Shown in pieces: positions 50,896-63,092 of a stretch of 64,000 nucleotides of DNA. Where the stretch lies: NCBI GenBank assembly GCA_963739575.1, contig CAVUAQ010000005.1:55507-119506 (forward strand), read 5' to 3'. The position numbers and the translations under genes are program-made. Within the stretch, counting starts at the first letter, position 1; each line of letters starts with the position of its first letter. Under the pieces are notes generated by a model. That model searched no databases. It had not been told where the DNA came from and was given only the letters and a program-made list of their open reading frames with translations. The stretch comes from an uncultured Alphaproteobacteria bacterium. GTDB lineage: Bacteria > Pseudomonadota > Alphaproteobacteria > Rhodobacterales > Rhodobacteraceae.

Positions 50896-52470
50896 ATGAA
50901 ATTCGGTGTCGTCAAGGAAAGCCAGGAGTTGGAGGCGCGCGTCGCCCTGACGCCTCAATCGGCTCAGCAGATCCGGAAGCTCGGCCACGAATGCCTGATC
51001 CAGTCCGGTGCGGGCGATCGGGCCGACTTCGCCGATGACGTCTATCGCGAGGCCGGGGTCGAGGTCGTGGACAGCGCCGACGCCGTCTTCGAACAGGCCG
51101 ACGTGATCGCCAAGGTCCGCCCGCCCACCGAGGCCGAGGTCGAGAAGCTCCGCGAGGGGCAGACCCTCATCAGCTTCTTCTATCCCGCCGAGAACGAGGC
51201 GCTGATGAAGAAGGCGGCCGAGAAGGGCGCCACGCTCATGGCGGTGGACATGGTGCCGCGGATCTCCCGCGCCCAGAAGCTCGACGCGCTCTCGTCGATG
51301 GCCAACATCGCCGGCTACCGCGCGGTGATCGAGGCGGCGAACAATTTCGGCCGCTTCATGACCGGCCAGGTGACCGCCGCCGGCAAGGTGCCGCCGGCCA
51401 AGGTCCTGGTGGTGGGCACCGGCGTCGCGGGCCTCGCCGCGATCGGCGCGGCGACCTCGCTCGGCGCCATCGTGAAGGCCTTCGACGTGCGCCCCGAGAC
51501 CGCCGAGCAGGTGGAATCCATGGGCGCGGAGTTCCTGTTCCTCGACTTCGAGGACAGCTCCGACGGCTCCGGCGAGGGCGGCTACGCCAAGCCGTCGAGC
51601 CCCGAATTCCGCGACAAGCAGCTCGCGCTCTTCCGCGAGCAGGCCCCCGAGATCGACATCGTCATCACCACGGCGCTCATCCCCAACCGGGAGGCGCCCG
51701 AGCTCTGGACCGAGGACATGGTCCAGGCGATGAAGCCCGGCTCGGTGATCGTCGATCTCGCCGCCGAGAAGGGCGGCAATTGCAAGATGACGCGCAAGGA
51801 CGAGAAGTTCGTCACCGACAACGGCGTGACGATCATCGGCTACACCGATTTCCCGTCGCGGATGGCGAAGCAATCCTCGACCCTCTACGCCACCAACATC
51901 CGCCACATGCTGACCGATCTGACGCCCGAGAAGGACGGCAAGATCGAGCACGACATGGAAGACCGGGTGATCCGCGACTCGACCATCACCCATGGCGGCG
52001 AGGTGACCTGGCCGCCGCCGAAGCGCGACGATCCCTCCCCCAAGGCGAGCCAGAAGAAGACCGAGAAGCCGAAGCAGAAGACCGCCGAGGAAAAGCGCGC
52101 CGAAGAGATGGCGGCCTTCCGCCGCGAGACGCGCCAGCAGGTCACGCTCCTCGCCGTGGGCGCGGTGGTGATGCTCGCGATCGGCATCGTCGCGCCGCCC
52201 TCGCTGATGAGCCACCTCATCGTCTTCGCGCTCGCCTGCTTCGTCGGCTTCCAGGTGATCTGGGGCGTCAGCCACAGCCTGCACACGCCGCTGATGGCGG
52301 TCACCAACGCCGTTTCGGGGATCATCATCCTCGGCGCGCTGCTGCAGATCGGGGCGCATAACTGGCTCGTGGTGATCCTGTCGTTCCTGGCGATCGGCAT
52401 CGCGTCCATCAACATCGTCGGCGGTTTCCTGGTGACGCGCCGGATGCTGTCGATGTTCGTGAAATCCTAG
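50896..52470 (+). CDS. pntA: NAD(P) transhydrogenase subunit alpha
   Basis: PRISRAQ, GVAGL, LHTPLM, INIVGGF. Confidence 0.97.
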   Translation: MKFGVVKESQELEARVALTPQSAQQIRKLGHECLIQSGAGDRADFADDVYREAGVEVVDSADAVFEQADVIAKVRPPTEAEVEKLREGQTLISFFYPAENEALMKKAAEKGATLMAVDMVPRISRAQKLDALSSMANIAGYRAVIEAANNFGRFMTGQVTAAGKVPPAKVLVVGTGVAGLAAIGAATSLGAIVKAFDVRPETAEQVESMGAEFLFLDFEDSSDGSGEGGYAKPSSPEFRDKQLALFREQAPEIDIVITTALIPNREAPELWTEDMVQAMKPGSVIVDLAAEKGGNCKMTRKDEKFVTDNGVTIIGYTDFPSRMAKQSSTLYATNIRHMLTDLTPEKDGKIEHDMEDRVIRDSTITHGGEVTWPPPKRDDPSPKASQKKTEKPKQKTAEEKRAEEMAAFRRETRQQVTLLAVGAVVMLAIGIVAPPSLMSHLIVFALACFVGFQVIWGVSHSLHTPLMAVTNAVSGIIILGALLQIGAHNWLVVILSFLAIGIASINIVGGFLVTRRMLSMFVKS

Positions 52471-52483
52471 GGGGGACGGGGAC

Positions 52484-53935
<1,452 letters not shown>

Positions 53936-53942
53936 CACCGCC

Positions 53943-53971
53943 GGGATGCGCACGGGTCTCGTGCGCATCCC
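53943..53971. terminator. Hairpin between the convergent pntB and MFS genes
   Basis: Perfect 12-bp stem GGGATGCGCACG/CGTGCGCATCCC; no U-tract. Confidence 0.55.
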
Positions 53972-53985
53972 TCCCCGCGGACCGC

Positions 53986-54018
53986 GCCGCCGTCACGCCG
54001 CCGTCACGCCGCCGTCAC
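53986..54018. repeat. 11-bp tandem repeat, three copies
   Basis: GCCGCCGTCAC x3, overlapping the MFS stop codon. Confidence 0.85.
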
Positions 54019-55196
54019 CCTTGGGGCCGCCGCAGGATCAGCACGAAGGCCGTCGCCACCAGGATCGTCGAGAAGGCGCCATAGCCGACCGTCACCGGCG
54101 CCAGCCCCACCGGCCCCTCGAGCAGGCCGATGACCAGCACCGGCACCGAGATCGCCACATAGGCCACCGTGAAATAGAGCGCCGTCACCCCGGCCGTGGC
54201 GCGCGCGGGGCTGCGCGCCGAGACGGCGCCGAGCCCGCCCTTGAAGGCGATACCGTGGCCGATCCCGGTGAAGGCGATGGCGCCGATGAGCCCGCCGAGG
54301 CTTCTTGCCCAGAACGCCGCGGTGATCGCCGCGATGCCGAGCGTCAGGATCCCCATGCCGAGCGGCAGCTTGATGCGGCCGGGCAGCCGGTCCTCGACCG
54401 CCTGCGCCAGACAGGACGTGCCGAAGATCAGCCCCGCCGTCACCCCGATCAGCAGATGCGCGCCCTCGTGGCCCAGCACCTCGCCCAGATAGGAGGGCGA
54501 CACGGCGCCCAGAAAGCCGCAGATCATGAACGCCCCGAACGACGCGATCGCCGCCGGCAGGAAGACCGGCCGCACCGCGTCGGGAAGCCTGATGCTCTGG
54601 GCGTGCAGATGCGGCGCGCTCGACGGCTCGCTAGGCTCGGGCAGCCGCCAGAGCAGCGCCGTGACGGCAAGCGTCGCCACCAGATGCACCAGATAGGGCG
54701 AGAAGAGCGGCGCCGGCAGGACCATGATCAAAAGCGCGCCGATCACCGGTCCCGATCCGAGCCCGCCCATGTTCGACGTCGTCGCGACGATGCCGCCGAG
54801 CCGCTTGCGGCCGTCCGGCGCCAGCTCGTTGACCGCCACCGTGGCCGTCGAGGTGTAGATCCCGGCCGAGAGCCCCTGCAACACCCGCGCGAGCAACAAA
54901 AGCCACAGCCCGTCGGCCAGCATGAACACCGCCAGCGCCGCCGCCGCCGCGCCCAGGCCGGCGAGCAGCATCGGCTTGCGGCCGATCTCGTCCGACCACG
55001 GCCCGAGGCCGATCAGCGCCGCCAGCACGCCGACCGAATAGGTCGCGAAGATGATCGTGATGTCGAGCCCGTCGAAGCCGTAGCGCGCGGCATAGATCGG
55101 ATAGAGCGGCGTCGGGATCGTGGCGCCCGCCATGACCACGAAGAAGGCGAGTGCGGCGACCGCAAGCGGACGCCAGCTCGGGGGTTGCTCGGGCAT
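54015..55196 (-). CDS. MFS transporter
   Basis: About 12 TM helices, PTPLY, GPWSDEIGRK motif A. Confidence 0.9.
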   Translation of the reverse strand: MPEQPPSWRPLAVAALAFFVVMAGATIPTPLYPIYAARYGFDGLDITIIFATYSVGVLAALIGLGPWSDEIGRKPMLLAGLGAAAAALAVFMLADGLWLLLLARVLQGLSAGIYTSTATVAVNELAPDGRKRLGGIVATTSNMGGLGSGPVIGALLIMVLPAPLFSPYLVHLVATLAVTALLWRLPEPSEPSSAPHLHAQSIRLPDAVRPVFLPAAIASFGAFMICGFLGAVSPSYLGEVLGHEGAHLLIGVTAGLIFGTSCLAQAVEDRLPGRIKLPLGMGILTLGIAAITAAFWARSLGGLIGAIAFTGIGHGIAFKGGLGAVSARSPARATAGVTALYFTVAYVAISVPVLVIGLLEGPVGLAPVTVGYGAFSTILVATAFVLILRRPQG

Positions 55197-55315
55197 GAAG
55201 ATCCTTTCGGCAGCTGACGCGGGGATGTAATGCCGCCTCGCGGAGCGATGTTCCGGCCCTTGCCGGCACCCGCCCGCACGCGACCTATGTGGAAGAGAAG
55301 GAAAGGAGCCGCACC

Positions 55316-56371
55316 ATGGATCTGCAGGAGATCCCCGTCGAGGGTCACGAGACGGTGCTGCGGGTGAGCGACAGGGAGGCCGGGTTGCATGGCCTGATCG
55401 CCATCCATTCGACCGCCCTCGGCCCCGCCGCGGGAGGCCTGCGGATGCGGCGCTACCGCGACGAGGCGGCGGCGCTCGAGGACGTGCTGCGCCTGTCGCG
55501 CGGCATGACCTACAAGAACGCCGCCGCCGGCCTGCCGCTCGGCGGCGGCAAGGCGGTGATCCTGGGCGACCCGGCCCGCAAGACCGAGGCGCAGCTCGCC
55601 GCCATGGGCCGCGCCGTCGACAGTCTCGCCGGCCGCTACTGGACGGCCGAGGACATGGGCATGTCCCCCGCCGAGATGGCCGTGCTGGCGCGCGAGACGC
55701 GCTATGTCGCGGGTCTCGCGACCGGCGACCATGCGAGCGGCGATCCCTCGCCGCTGACCGCCCGCGGCGTGTTCCGGGCGCTGCGCCTGACGGCGGCGCG
55801 CCGGCTCGGATCGGGGGATCTGAGCGGCCGCCGCGTCGCCGTGCAAGGCCTCGGCCATGTCGGCTGGCAGCTCTGCCGCCTGCTCCACGAGGCCGGCGCC
55901 GCGATCGTGGTGGCCGATACCGACGCCGCCCTCGTCGCTCGCGCGCAAGACGCGTTCGCCGCCGAGGCCGTGGCCCCGGCCGCGATCCTGACCGAGAGCG
56001 CCGATCTGCTCGCGCCCTGCGCCATCGGCGCGGTGCTCGACGCCACGACGGTCGCCGCGCTCGACGTCGCCGCCATCTGCGGCGCCGCCAACAACCAGCT
56101 TGCCACCGACGCCGATGCCGACCGGCTCCACGACCGCGGCATCCTCTACGCGCCCGATTTCGTCGCCAATTGCGGTGGCATCATCAACGTCGCAACCGAG
56201 ATCCTGGGCATCGCCGACCGCGAAAGCTTCGTCGAGGACCGCCTCGCCGCGGCGGAGGATACGCTGAGGCGGATCTTCGATCGCGCCGCGGCGCAGGACA
56301 CGAGCCCCCACCGGCTGGCCGAGGCCATCGTCGACGAACGCATCCGCGCGGCCGACCGCCCCCGCTCCTGA
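55316..56371 (+). CDS. Leu/Phe/Val dehydrogenase
   Basis: GGLR, MTYKNA, GGGKAVI, AEDMG, QGLGHVG, GAANNQL. Confidence 0.92.
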   Translation: MDLQEIPVEGHETVLRVSDREAGLHGLIAIHSTALGPAAGGLRMRRYRDEAAALEDVLRLSRGMTYKNAAAGLPLGGGKAVILGDPARKTEAQLAAMGRAVDSLAGRYWTAEDMGMSPAEMAVLARETRYVAGLATGDHASGDPSPLTARGVFRALRLTAARRLGSGDLSGRRVAVQGLGHVGWQLCRLLHEAGAAIVVADTDAALVARAQDAFAAEAVAPAAILTESADLLAPCAIGAVLDATTVAALDVAAICGAANNQLATDADADRLHDRGILYAPDFVANCGGIINVATEILGIADRESFVEDRLAAAEDTLRRIFDRAAAQDTSPHRLAEAIVDERIRAADRPRS

Positions 56372-56562
56372 GCCGGCTCGCCGAAGGGCACGCCGCACCC
56401 CCGCCCCCGACCGGCGCGGGGGCGCCGAGCCCCTCCCATGCGGCGGAGAGGGCGGCGTGGCGAGCGGAGCGCGGCTCCCTCCGGCCCCCGTCGTTGCCGC
56501 AGCGGCCCGACCGGCGCGCGCCGCCTCGGGCGGTGTTAAGCCTCGCCTCCCCCGTTCGCCGG

Positions 56563-56603
56563 TCCGATGCAATTCCGATGCAAGTCCGACGGATTTCCGA
56601 TAG
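56563..56603 (+). repeat. Four-copy 11-bp TCCGAY array, locus 2
   Basis: TCCGATGCAAT TCCGATGCAAG TCCGACGGATT TCCGATAG. Confidence 0.85.
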
Positions 56604-56644
56604 CCCTCGAAGCACTCCCGGCTCTTTCCTATGGCAGCGACCGC

Positions 56645-57838
56645 ATGACCGACTTCTCCGCAACCCGCGCGTTCTTCGCCCTGCCCGAGGGGGTCGCCTA
56701 TCTCGACGGCAATTCGCTCGGGCCGATGGCCCGCAGCGTTCCCGAGCGGATGCGCCGGGCGCTCGAGGAGGACTGGGCGCAGGACCTCATCAGGTCCTGG
56801 AACACCGCCGGCTGGATGACGCTCCCCGACCGTCTGGGCGACCGGATCGCGCCGCTCATTGGCGTCGCCCCCGGCACCGTGACGACCGGCGACACCTTGT
56901 CGATCAAGGTCTACCAGGCCCTCGCCGCCGCTCTCGCGCTGAACCCGGACCGGCGCATCATCCTGTCGGACAAGGGCAATTTCCCCGCCGATCTCTATAT
57001 CGCCCAAGGCCTCGCCAACACGCTCGACCGCGGCCACCGGCTCGTCGCGCCGCCGCCCGCCGAGGTCGAGGCGCACCTGAGCGAGGAGGTCGCGGTGCTC
57101 CTTCTGACCGAGGTCGACTACCGCACCGGTCGCCGCCACGACATGGCCCGCCTCGTGCGGATGGCGCGGGAGCTGGGTATCGTCACGATCTGGGACGTGG
57201 CCCATTCCGCCGGCGCCCTGCCGGTCGAGGCCGCCGCGGCAGGCGCCGATTTCGTCGTCGGATGCACCTACAAGTACCTCAATTCCGGGCCCGGCGGCCC
57301 CGCCTTCATCCATGTCCGCGACGGCCTCGCCCCCGCCATCGCGCCCGCCCTCGCCGGCTGGCTCGGCCACGCCGCGCCCTTCGATTTCGACCCCGCCTAC
57401 CGCCCCGCCGATGCCGTCCGCCGCCTGCGGGTCGGCACGCCGCCGGTGCTGCAGATGGTGGCCCTCGATGCCGCGCTCGACGTCTGGGACATGGCCGACA
57501 TCGGCGACGTGCAGAGCCGGTCGCTCGTCCTCTCCCGCCGCCTGATCGACGGGCTGGAGGCGGCCTGCCCGTCGCTGTCGCTCGCGACGCCACGCGACGA
57601 CGACGCCCGTGGCAGCCAGGTCTCGTTCCGCCACGAGGAAGGATACGCGATCATGCAGGCGCTGATCGCCCGCGACGTCATCGGCGACTTCCGCGCCCCC
57701 GACATCCTGCGCTTCGGCCTCACGCCCCTCTATATCGGCGAGGCTGAGGTCGACAGGTGCATCGAGACCTTGAGCGAGATCATGACGTTGCGCCTCTGGG
57801 ACGATACGGCCCATCGCACCCGCCGGCGCGTGACCTGA
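56645..57838 (+). CDS. kynU: Kynureninase
   Basis: YLDGNSLG, WDVAHSAG, GCTYKYLNSGPG, RGSQVS. Confidence 0.96.
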   Translation: MTDFSATRAFFALPEGVAYLDGNSLGPMARSVPERMRRALEEDWAQDLIRSWNTAGWMTLPDRLGDRIAPLIGVAPGTVTTGDTLSIKVYQALAAALALNPDRRIILSDKGNFPADLYIAQGLANTLDRGHRLVAPPPAEVEAHLSEEVAVLLLTEVDYRTGRRHDMARLVRMARELGIVTIWDVAHSAGALPVEAAAAGADFVVGCTYKYLNSGPGGPAFIHVRDGLAPAIAPALAGWLGHAAPFDFDPAYRPADAVRRLRVGTPPVLQMVALDAALDVWDMADIGDVQSRSLVLSRRLIDGLEAACPSLSLATPRDDDARGSQVSFRHEEGYAIMQALIARDVIGDFRAPDILRFGLTPLYIGEAEVDRCIETLSEIMTLRLWDDTAHRTRRRVT

Positions 57839-57991
57839 CCCTCCGCCGCGGCAGGATCCGACCTGCCCTCGACCCTGACGGGCGACCTGCAGGCCCGTTT
57901 CCACCGGTGCCACCGCCCTCAGCGCGCCCTCGTCTTGCCGTGGCGTCGACAATCGCTAGGCTCGCTGCACGCAACCGGAGCAGAGGGGCGC

Positions 57992-59887
57992 ATGGACCAG
58001 ACCCGCAGCGCGGCGATCAGCGACGACCAGCTTTTCGAGCTCCGCTGGGAGCGCGCCGAGAGCGACCTGATGGCGCCGCTGACCCGGCTCTACGCCGCGA
58101 CGATGGCGCCTGCGACGCTGCGCGAGCGGCTGCGCGCGCTTCTGGCGCGGAAATGGGCGGAGCGGCCGGTCGACCTGCGCGCGCTCGACCTGCGCCGCGA
58201 CCTGACCCCCGACTGGTTCCAGAGCCAGGCCATGGCCGCCTATGTCTTCTACGTCGACCGCTTCGCGGGCTCCATGCGGGGCGTCGCCGATCGCATCCCC
58301 TATCTGCAGTCGCTCGGGATCCGCTACGCGCATTTCATGCCCTGCCTGAAGCCGCGCCCGGGCGACTCGGATGGCGGCTATGCGGTAATGGATTACGGCG
58401 AGATCGACCCGACGCTCGGCACCATGGCCGATTTCCGCCAGGTCGCGCGGAAGATGCGCACGGCCGGCATCAGCCCCTGCATCGACATGGTGCTGAACCA
58501 CACCGCGCGGGAGCATCCCTGGGCGGAACGGGCGCGCGCCGGCGACGCGTTCTACCAGGGCTTCTACCGCCTCTTCGACGACGAGACCCTTCCCCTCGAA
58601 TACGAGAAGACCCTTCTCGAGGTGTTTCCGAACCAGGCGCCCGGCAACTTCACCTGGGAGCCCGGCATGGAGAAATGGGTCTGGACGACCTTCAACACCT
58701 TCCAGTGGGACCTGAACTGGGACAATCCCGAGGTCTTCCTCGCCATCCTCGGCATCGTCCTCGACCTCGCCAATGCCGGGGCCGAGGTGCTGCGGCTCGA
58801 CGCGGTGGCCTTCATGTGGAAGCGGATGGGCACGATCTGCCAGAACGAACCCGAGGTCCACGACATCCTGCAGGCCATCAACCAGGCCGCCTCGGTCGCC
58901 GCGCCGGCCACCATCTTCAAGGCCGAGGCCATTGTCGGGCCGAACGAGCTCGTCCCCTATCTCGGCGCCGGTCGGCATACCGGCAAGGTCTGCAACCTCG
59001 CCTACCACAATTCGCTGATGGTGCAGTTCTGGTCGGCGCTCGCGAGCGGCCGGACGGAGCTGATGACCCACACGCTCCGCCGCCATTTCCCCGACCGCTT
59101 CACCGGCGCCGAATGGGCGACCTATATCCGCTGCCACGACGACATCGGCTGGGCCATCACCGAGGCCGATGCCGAGGCGGTGGGCGTGACCGGGCCCGGC
59201 CACCGGCGCTTTCTCGTCGATTTCTTCGCCGGCCGCTTCCCGGGCTCCTTCGCGCGGGGCGCCGACTTCCAAGTGAACGACGCGACGGGCGACGCGCGCA
59301 CCAACGGCACCTTCGCCTCGCTCGCCGGCCTCGAAGCCGCCACGACGCCGGCGGAGACCGATCTCGCCGTGGCGCGCATCCTTCTCGGCCACGCGCTCAT
59401 CGCCGGGTTCGGGGGGCTGCCGCTCATCTACATGGGCGACGAGCTCGGCCTGCTGAACGACCATGCCTTCGCCGAGGATCCCGACCTCGCGGCCGACGGG
59501 CGCTGGATGCACCGGCCAAAGATGGACTGGGCGCTGGCCGAGGCGGCCGCGCGCGCCGACACGCCGGCGGGCCGGATCTTTCGCGGCACCCGCCACATCC
59601 TGCGCATCCGCGCCGAGATCGCCGCGCTGCGCGGCGACGTGCCGAGCCGGATCCTCGCCACCGGCCATGACAAGCTGTTCTGCGTGCTGCGCCCCGGGGC
59701 GGACGACACGGTCACCGCGCTTCACAACTTCACAGCCGAGACGCAGCAGATAGAGGCGCACCGGGTCGGGCTCGACCCCGACGCCCTGCCGCTCGACGCG
59801 CTGACCGGGGCGCTCCCCGGCTGCGAGGCCGACCGCATCGTGCTGCCGCCCTATGCCGCGCTCTGGCTGCACGCGCCGATCTGGTAG
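57992..59887 (+). CDS. GH13 amylosucrase / sucrose hydrolase-like enzyme
   Basis: SDGGYAV, QWDLN, RLDAVAF (nucleophile), KAEAIV (acid/base), RCHDDIGW. Confidence 0.88.
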   Translation: MDQTRSAAISDDQLFELRWERAESDLMAPLTRLYAATMAPATLRERLRALLARKWAERPVDLRALDLRRDLTPDWFQSQAMAAYVFYVDRFAGSMRGVADRIPYLQSLGIRYAHFMPCLKPRPGDSDGGYAVMDYGEIDPTLGTMADFRQVARKMRTAGISPCIDMVLNHTAREHPWAERARAGDAFYQGFYRLFDDETLPLEYEKTLLEVFPNQAPGNFTWEPGMEKWVWTTFNTFQWDLNWDNPEVFLAILGIVLDLANAGAEVLRLDAVAFMWKRMGTICQNEPEVHDILQAINQAASVAAPATIFKAEAIVGPNELVPYLGAGRHTGKVCNLAYHNSLMVQFWSALASGRTELMTHTLRRHFPDRFTGAEWATYIRCHDDIGWAITEADAEAVGVTGPGHRRFLVDFFAGRFPGSFARGADFQVNDATGDARTNGTFASLAGLEAATTPAETDLAVARILLGHALIAGFGGLPLIYMGDELGLLNDHAFAEDPDLAADGRWMHRPKMDWALAEAAARADTPAGRIFRGTRHILRIRAEIAALRGDVPSRILATGHDKLFCVLRPGADDTVTALHNFTAETQQIEAHRVGLDPDALPLDALTGALPGCEADRIVLPPYAALWLHAPIW

Positions 59888-59993
59888 CGCGCGCCGGGGC
59901 TTGCCAAACCGCCCCGGCTGTCCTAGAGGCCCGCATTCACCCGTGTGCCCACCCTTGGAGGCGGCGGGGTCGTACAATCTAGGAGATCACCAC

Positions 59994-60671
59994 ATGGCCG
60001 GCGAAACGCCCGACATCATCGCCATGGAACGGACGGGGACAGGCAAGGGGGCCGCCCGTCAGGCCCGGCGCGAGAACCTCGTGCCCGGCATCGTCTATGG
60101 CGGCGGCATCGATCCGCTCCCCATCAACCTGCCCTACAACGAATTGCTGAAGCGGCTGAAGGCCGGCCGCTTCCTGTCGACGCTCTTCAACCTCAAGGTC
60201 GAGGGACAGGACGACGTGCGGGTGATCTGCCGCAGCGTCCAGCGCGACGTGGTCAAGGACCTGCCCACCCACGTGGATTTCGTCCGGCTGCGCCGGACCA
60301 GCCGGGTGTCGCTGTTCATCCCGGTCGAGGTGGTGGGCGAGGCGGAAAGCCCCGGCCTGAAGGCAGGCGGCGTCCTGACCATGGTGCGCCCCGAGGTCGA
60401 GCTGCGCTGCACCGCGGGCGACATTCCCGAGAAGATCACGATCTCGGTGGCGACGGCAGAGATCGGCGACACGCTGCATATCTCGGACGTGACGCTGCCC
60501 GAGGGCACCCGTCCGACCATCGACCGCGATTTCGTGATCGCCAACATCCAGGCGCCCTCGGGCCTCGCCTCGCAGAAGGAAGAGGACGAGGACGACGTCG
60601 CCGCCGACGAGGTCCCTGCGACCGAGATGGAAGCGGGCCCCGACGCGGAGACGGACGGCAGCGCGAACTGA
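59994..60671 (+). CDS. rplY: 50S ribosomal protein L25 / general stress protein Ctc
   Basis: [29 protein letters not shown]; AGGAG RBS. Confidence 0.97.
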   Translation: MAGETPDIIAMERTGTGKGAARQARRENLVPGIVYGGGIDPLPINLPYNELLKRLKAGRFLSTLFNLKVEGQDDVRVICRSVQRDVVKDLPTHVDFVRLRRTSRVSLFIPVEVVGEAESPGLKAGGVLTMVRPEVELRCTAGDIPEKITISVATAEIGDTLHISDVTLPEGTRPTIDRDFVIANIQAPSGLASQKEEDEDDVAADEVPATEMEAGPDAETDGSAN

Positions 60672-60693
60672 CGCCCTGCGGCGACCGCCCTCG

Positions 60694-60728
60694 ACGGCGC
60701 GACCCGCGACGGTCGCGCCGTTTCTTTT
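60694..60728 (+). terminator. Intrinsic terminator after rplY
   Basis: ACGGCGCGACC-N6-GGTCGCGCCGT followed by TTCTTTT. Confidence 0.8.
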
Positions 60729-60804
60729 CGCTCGCTGCGACCTACTCTCGGAGGGGACCGGCCCCGGGGCGGTCCCTTTCGAGCAGTGAACGACGCAGAC
60801 CCGC

Positions 60805-61882
60805 ATGACCGACCGCGACCAGACCCATCCGGAGCCGCAAGCCTTCACGAGCCCCGGGGGCGGCACCGGGCGGTTCTGCAATGTCGATCCCGGCCAGCAC
60901 TTTCCCGGCGTTTCGGGGGTGCTCTCCGAACAGGCCATGGCCCAGACGCGCATGGCCGTCGCCCTTGTCGATCCGCGGCAGGACGACATGCCGCTGGTCT
61001 TCGTCACCCGCGCCTTCGAGCGGCTGACCGGCTACAGCCAGGATCAGGCGATCGGCCGGAACTGCCGCTTCCTGCAGGGGCCGGAGATCGACCCCGAGAC
61101 CGTCGCCAAGATCCGCCACGCCATCCTGAACGAGGACGTGATCGTCGTGGAATTGCTGAATTGCCGGCATGACGGGTCGACGTTCTGGAACGCGGTGCAT
61201 CTCGGACCGATCTACGACGAGACGGGCGAGCTGATCTACTATCTCGGCCCGCAATGGGATGTGTCCAAGGTGCATGCCGCGCGGGCGGACGAGGCCCATG
61301 CGCGGATGATGGCGCGCGAGTTCAGCCACCGAATGAAGAACATGTTCGCGGTGATCGGCGGGCTGGTGACGGTGACCGGGCGGACCTGCGACATCCAGCC
61401 GCAGGTCGCCGAGATCGACGACCGCATCCGCGCCCTGGCCCTCGCCTTCGAGACCACCCTCGACGACGCGGCGCGCGGATCGGCGGATCTGCAGCCGACC
61501 ATCAAGGCCGTTCTCGATCCCTACGATCCGGCCGGCGACGGCATCAGGCTGAGAGGTCCCGATCTGCGGGTCGATCCCATCCTCGTCTCGACCATCGGCC
61601 TTGCCCTGCACGAACTGGCGACGAACGGCATCAAGCACGGCGCGCTCAGCGGCGGGACCGGGCAGAGCCGCGTCGAATGGGGCGCCGACGAGAGCGGCGG
61701 GCTGTCGCTCCTCTGGACCGGGACCGGCGGCCCCGAGGTCGCGCCGCCCGGGCGCCGCGGGATCGGGGTTCGACATCGTCGAGACGCTGCTGGCCACCAC
61801 CGGCGACCGCCTGAGCCTCGACCGGACCGCGGGCGGGCTTCGTGCCAGGATCGACATCGCCGCCGCCGTGAGAGCCGAATGA
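60805..61882 (+). pseudogene. LOV-domain HWE histidine kinase with a frameshift near 61747
   Basis: GRNCRFLQG, SHRMKN, HELATNGIKHGAL; the natural C-terminus GSGFDIVETLL..RARIDI lies in the +1 frame and stops at 61882. Confidence 0.8.
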
Positions 61883-62304
61883 CCCTGCAAGAGCCCGAAG
61901 ACACGGCGCCGCGGATCCTGATCCTCGAGGACGAGCCGCTGATCCTTCTGGAACTGTCCGACGCGATCAGGGACGAGGGGGCCGTCGCCGTGCCCGTCAA
62001 CTCGGTCGAGAAGGCGATCTGCGCGATCGACCGAGAGGCGCCCGATGCGGCCATCCCCGACCTCAATCTGGGGCGCGGGACGACATGCGAGGCCGTCGCG
62101 GCTCGCCTGCAGCGTCTGCGGATCCCGTTTCTGATCCACTCGGGCGATCTCGTGCGCCAAGGCGAGTTGATCGCCCGGATCAACGCGGAGGTCATCGCCA
62201 AGCCCGCGGCCAGTTCCGAGGTGGCGGCGCGCGCCCTGGCGCTGGTGCGGGACCGGACGCCGCCCAACCGGCCCCGGAACGGCCCCCCAGGCGGAGGGAT
62301 GTGA
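61879..62304 (+). CDS. Single-domain response regulator (LovR-like)
   Basis: ATG 61879 overlaps the kinase's natural stop (ATGA); ILILEDE, AAIPDLNL, HSG, KP. Confidence 0.8.
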   Translation: MTLQEPEDTAPRILILEDEPLILLELSDAIRDEGAVAVPVNSVEKAICAIDREAPDAAIPDLNLGRGTTCEAVAARLQRLRIPFLIHSGDLVRQGELIARINAEVIAKPAASSEVAARALALVRDRTPPNRPRNGPPGGGM

Positions 62305-63005
62305 TGCGGCTGTTCGTGGGGTTGGGAAATCCGGGCGAGAAATACGCCCGGCACCGGCACAATATCGGCTTCATGGCGGTGGAGCGCATTGCCGCCGACC
62401 ACGGCTTCGCGCCGTTCAGGTCGAAGTTTCAGGGGCGCCTGTCGGAGGGGCGTCTCGGCGGCGACAAGGTCGCGATCCTGATGCCCACGACGTTCATGAA
62501 CGAGTCGGGCCGCTCCGTCGGCGAGGCGCTGCGCTTCTACAAGCTCGACCCCGCCGATGTGGTGGTCTTCCACGACGAGATCGACCTCGCCCCCGGCAAG
62601 CTCAGGTGCAAGACCGGCGGCGGCCATGCCGGCCATAACGGCCTGCGCTCCATCCACCAGCATGTCGGGCCGGATTACGGGCGCGTGCGGATCGGCGTCG
62701 GCCATCCGGGTCACAAGGACCGCGTGCCGGGATACGTGCTCCACGATTTCGCGAAGGCCGACGAGGCGTGGCTCGACGACCTGCTCCGCGGCATCTCGGA
62801 GGGGGCCGATCATCTGGCGCAGGGCGATACGGGGCGGTTCATGACCACCGTGGCGCAGCGCCTGTCGCCGCAGCGCCCGTCAACCGGCACGCGCGTTGCC
62901 GCCCCCGACGCGCCATCCGGCGAGCGGTCGCCTGTGGCGCCGGAGCCGCAGCCGGAGGAGGACGTGCGAAGCCCGATGCAGAAGCTCATCGACCGGTTCA
63001 GATAG
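62304..63005 (+). CDS. pth: Peptidyl-tRNA hydrolase
   Basis: VGLGNPG, RHNIGF, FMNESG, HDEID, GHNGLRS. Confidence 0.97.
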   Translation: MRLFVGLGNPGEKYARHRHNIGFMAVERIAADHGFAPFRSKFQGRLSEGRLGGDKVAILMPTTFMNESGRSVGEALRFYKLDPADVVVFHDEIDLAPGKLRCKTGGGHAGHNGLRSIHQHVGPDYGRVRIGVGHPGHKDRVPGYVLHDFAKADEAWLDDLLRGISEGADHLAQGDTGRFMTTVAQRLSPQRPSTGTRVAAPDAPSGERSPVAPEPQPEEDVRSPMQKLIDRFR

Positions 63006-63092
63006 GCCGCTGACCCGCCGCAGCGCGGGCTCCAGCGAACCGGTTTCGCCATGGGGCATCGTGGGCTAGTCTCGGGGCGAGAGGAGATGCCC

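Noticed and set aside
56372-56560. Possible sRNA, riboswitch or small ORF in the dehydrogenase-kynU gap (also 40256-40385 and 17770-17929)
   Set aside because: Only generic GC-rich hairpins; no recognisable RNA family motif or credible ORF by eye. An Rfam scan would be needed to exclude one.
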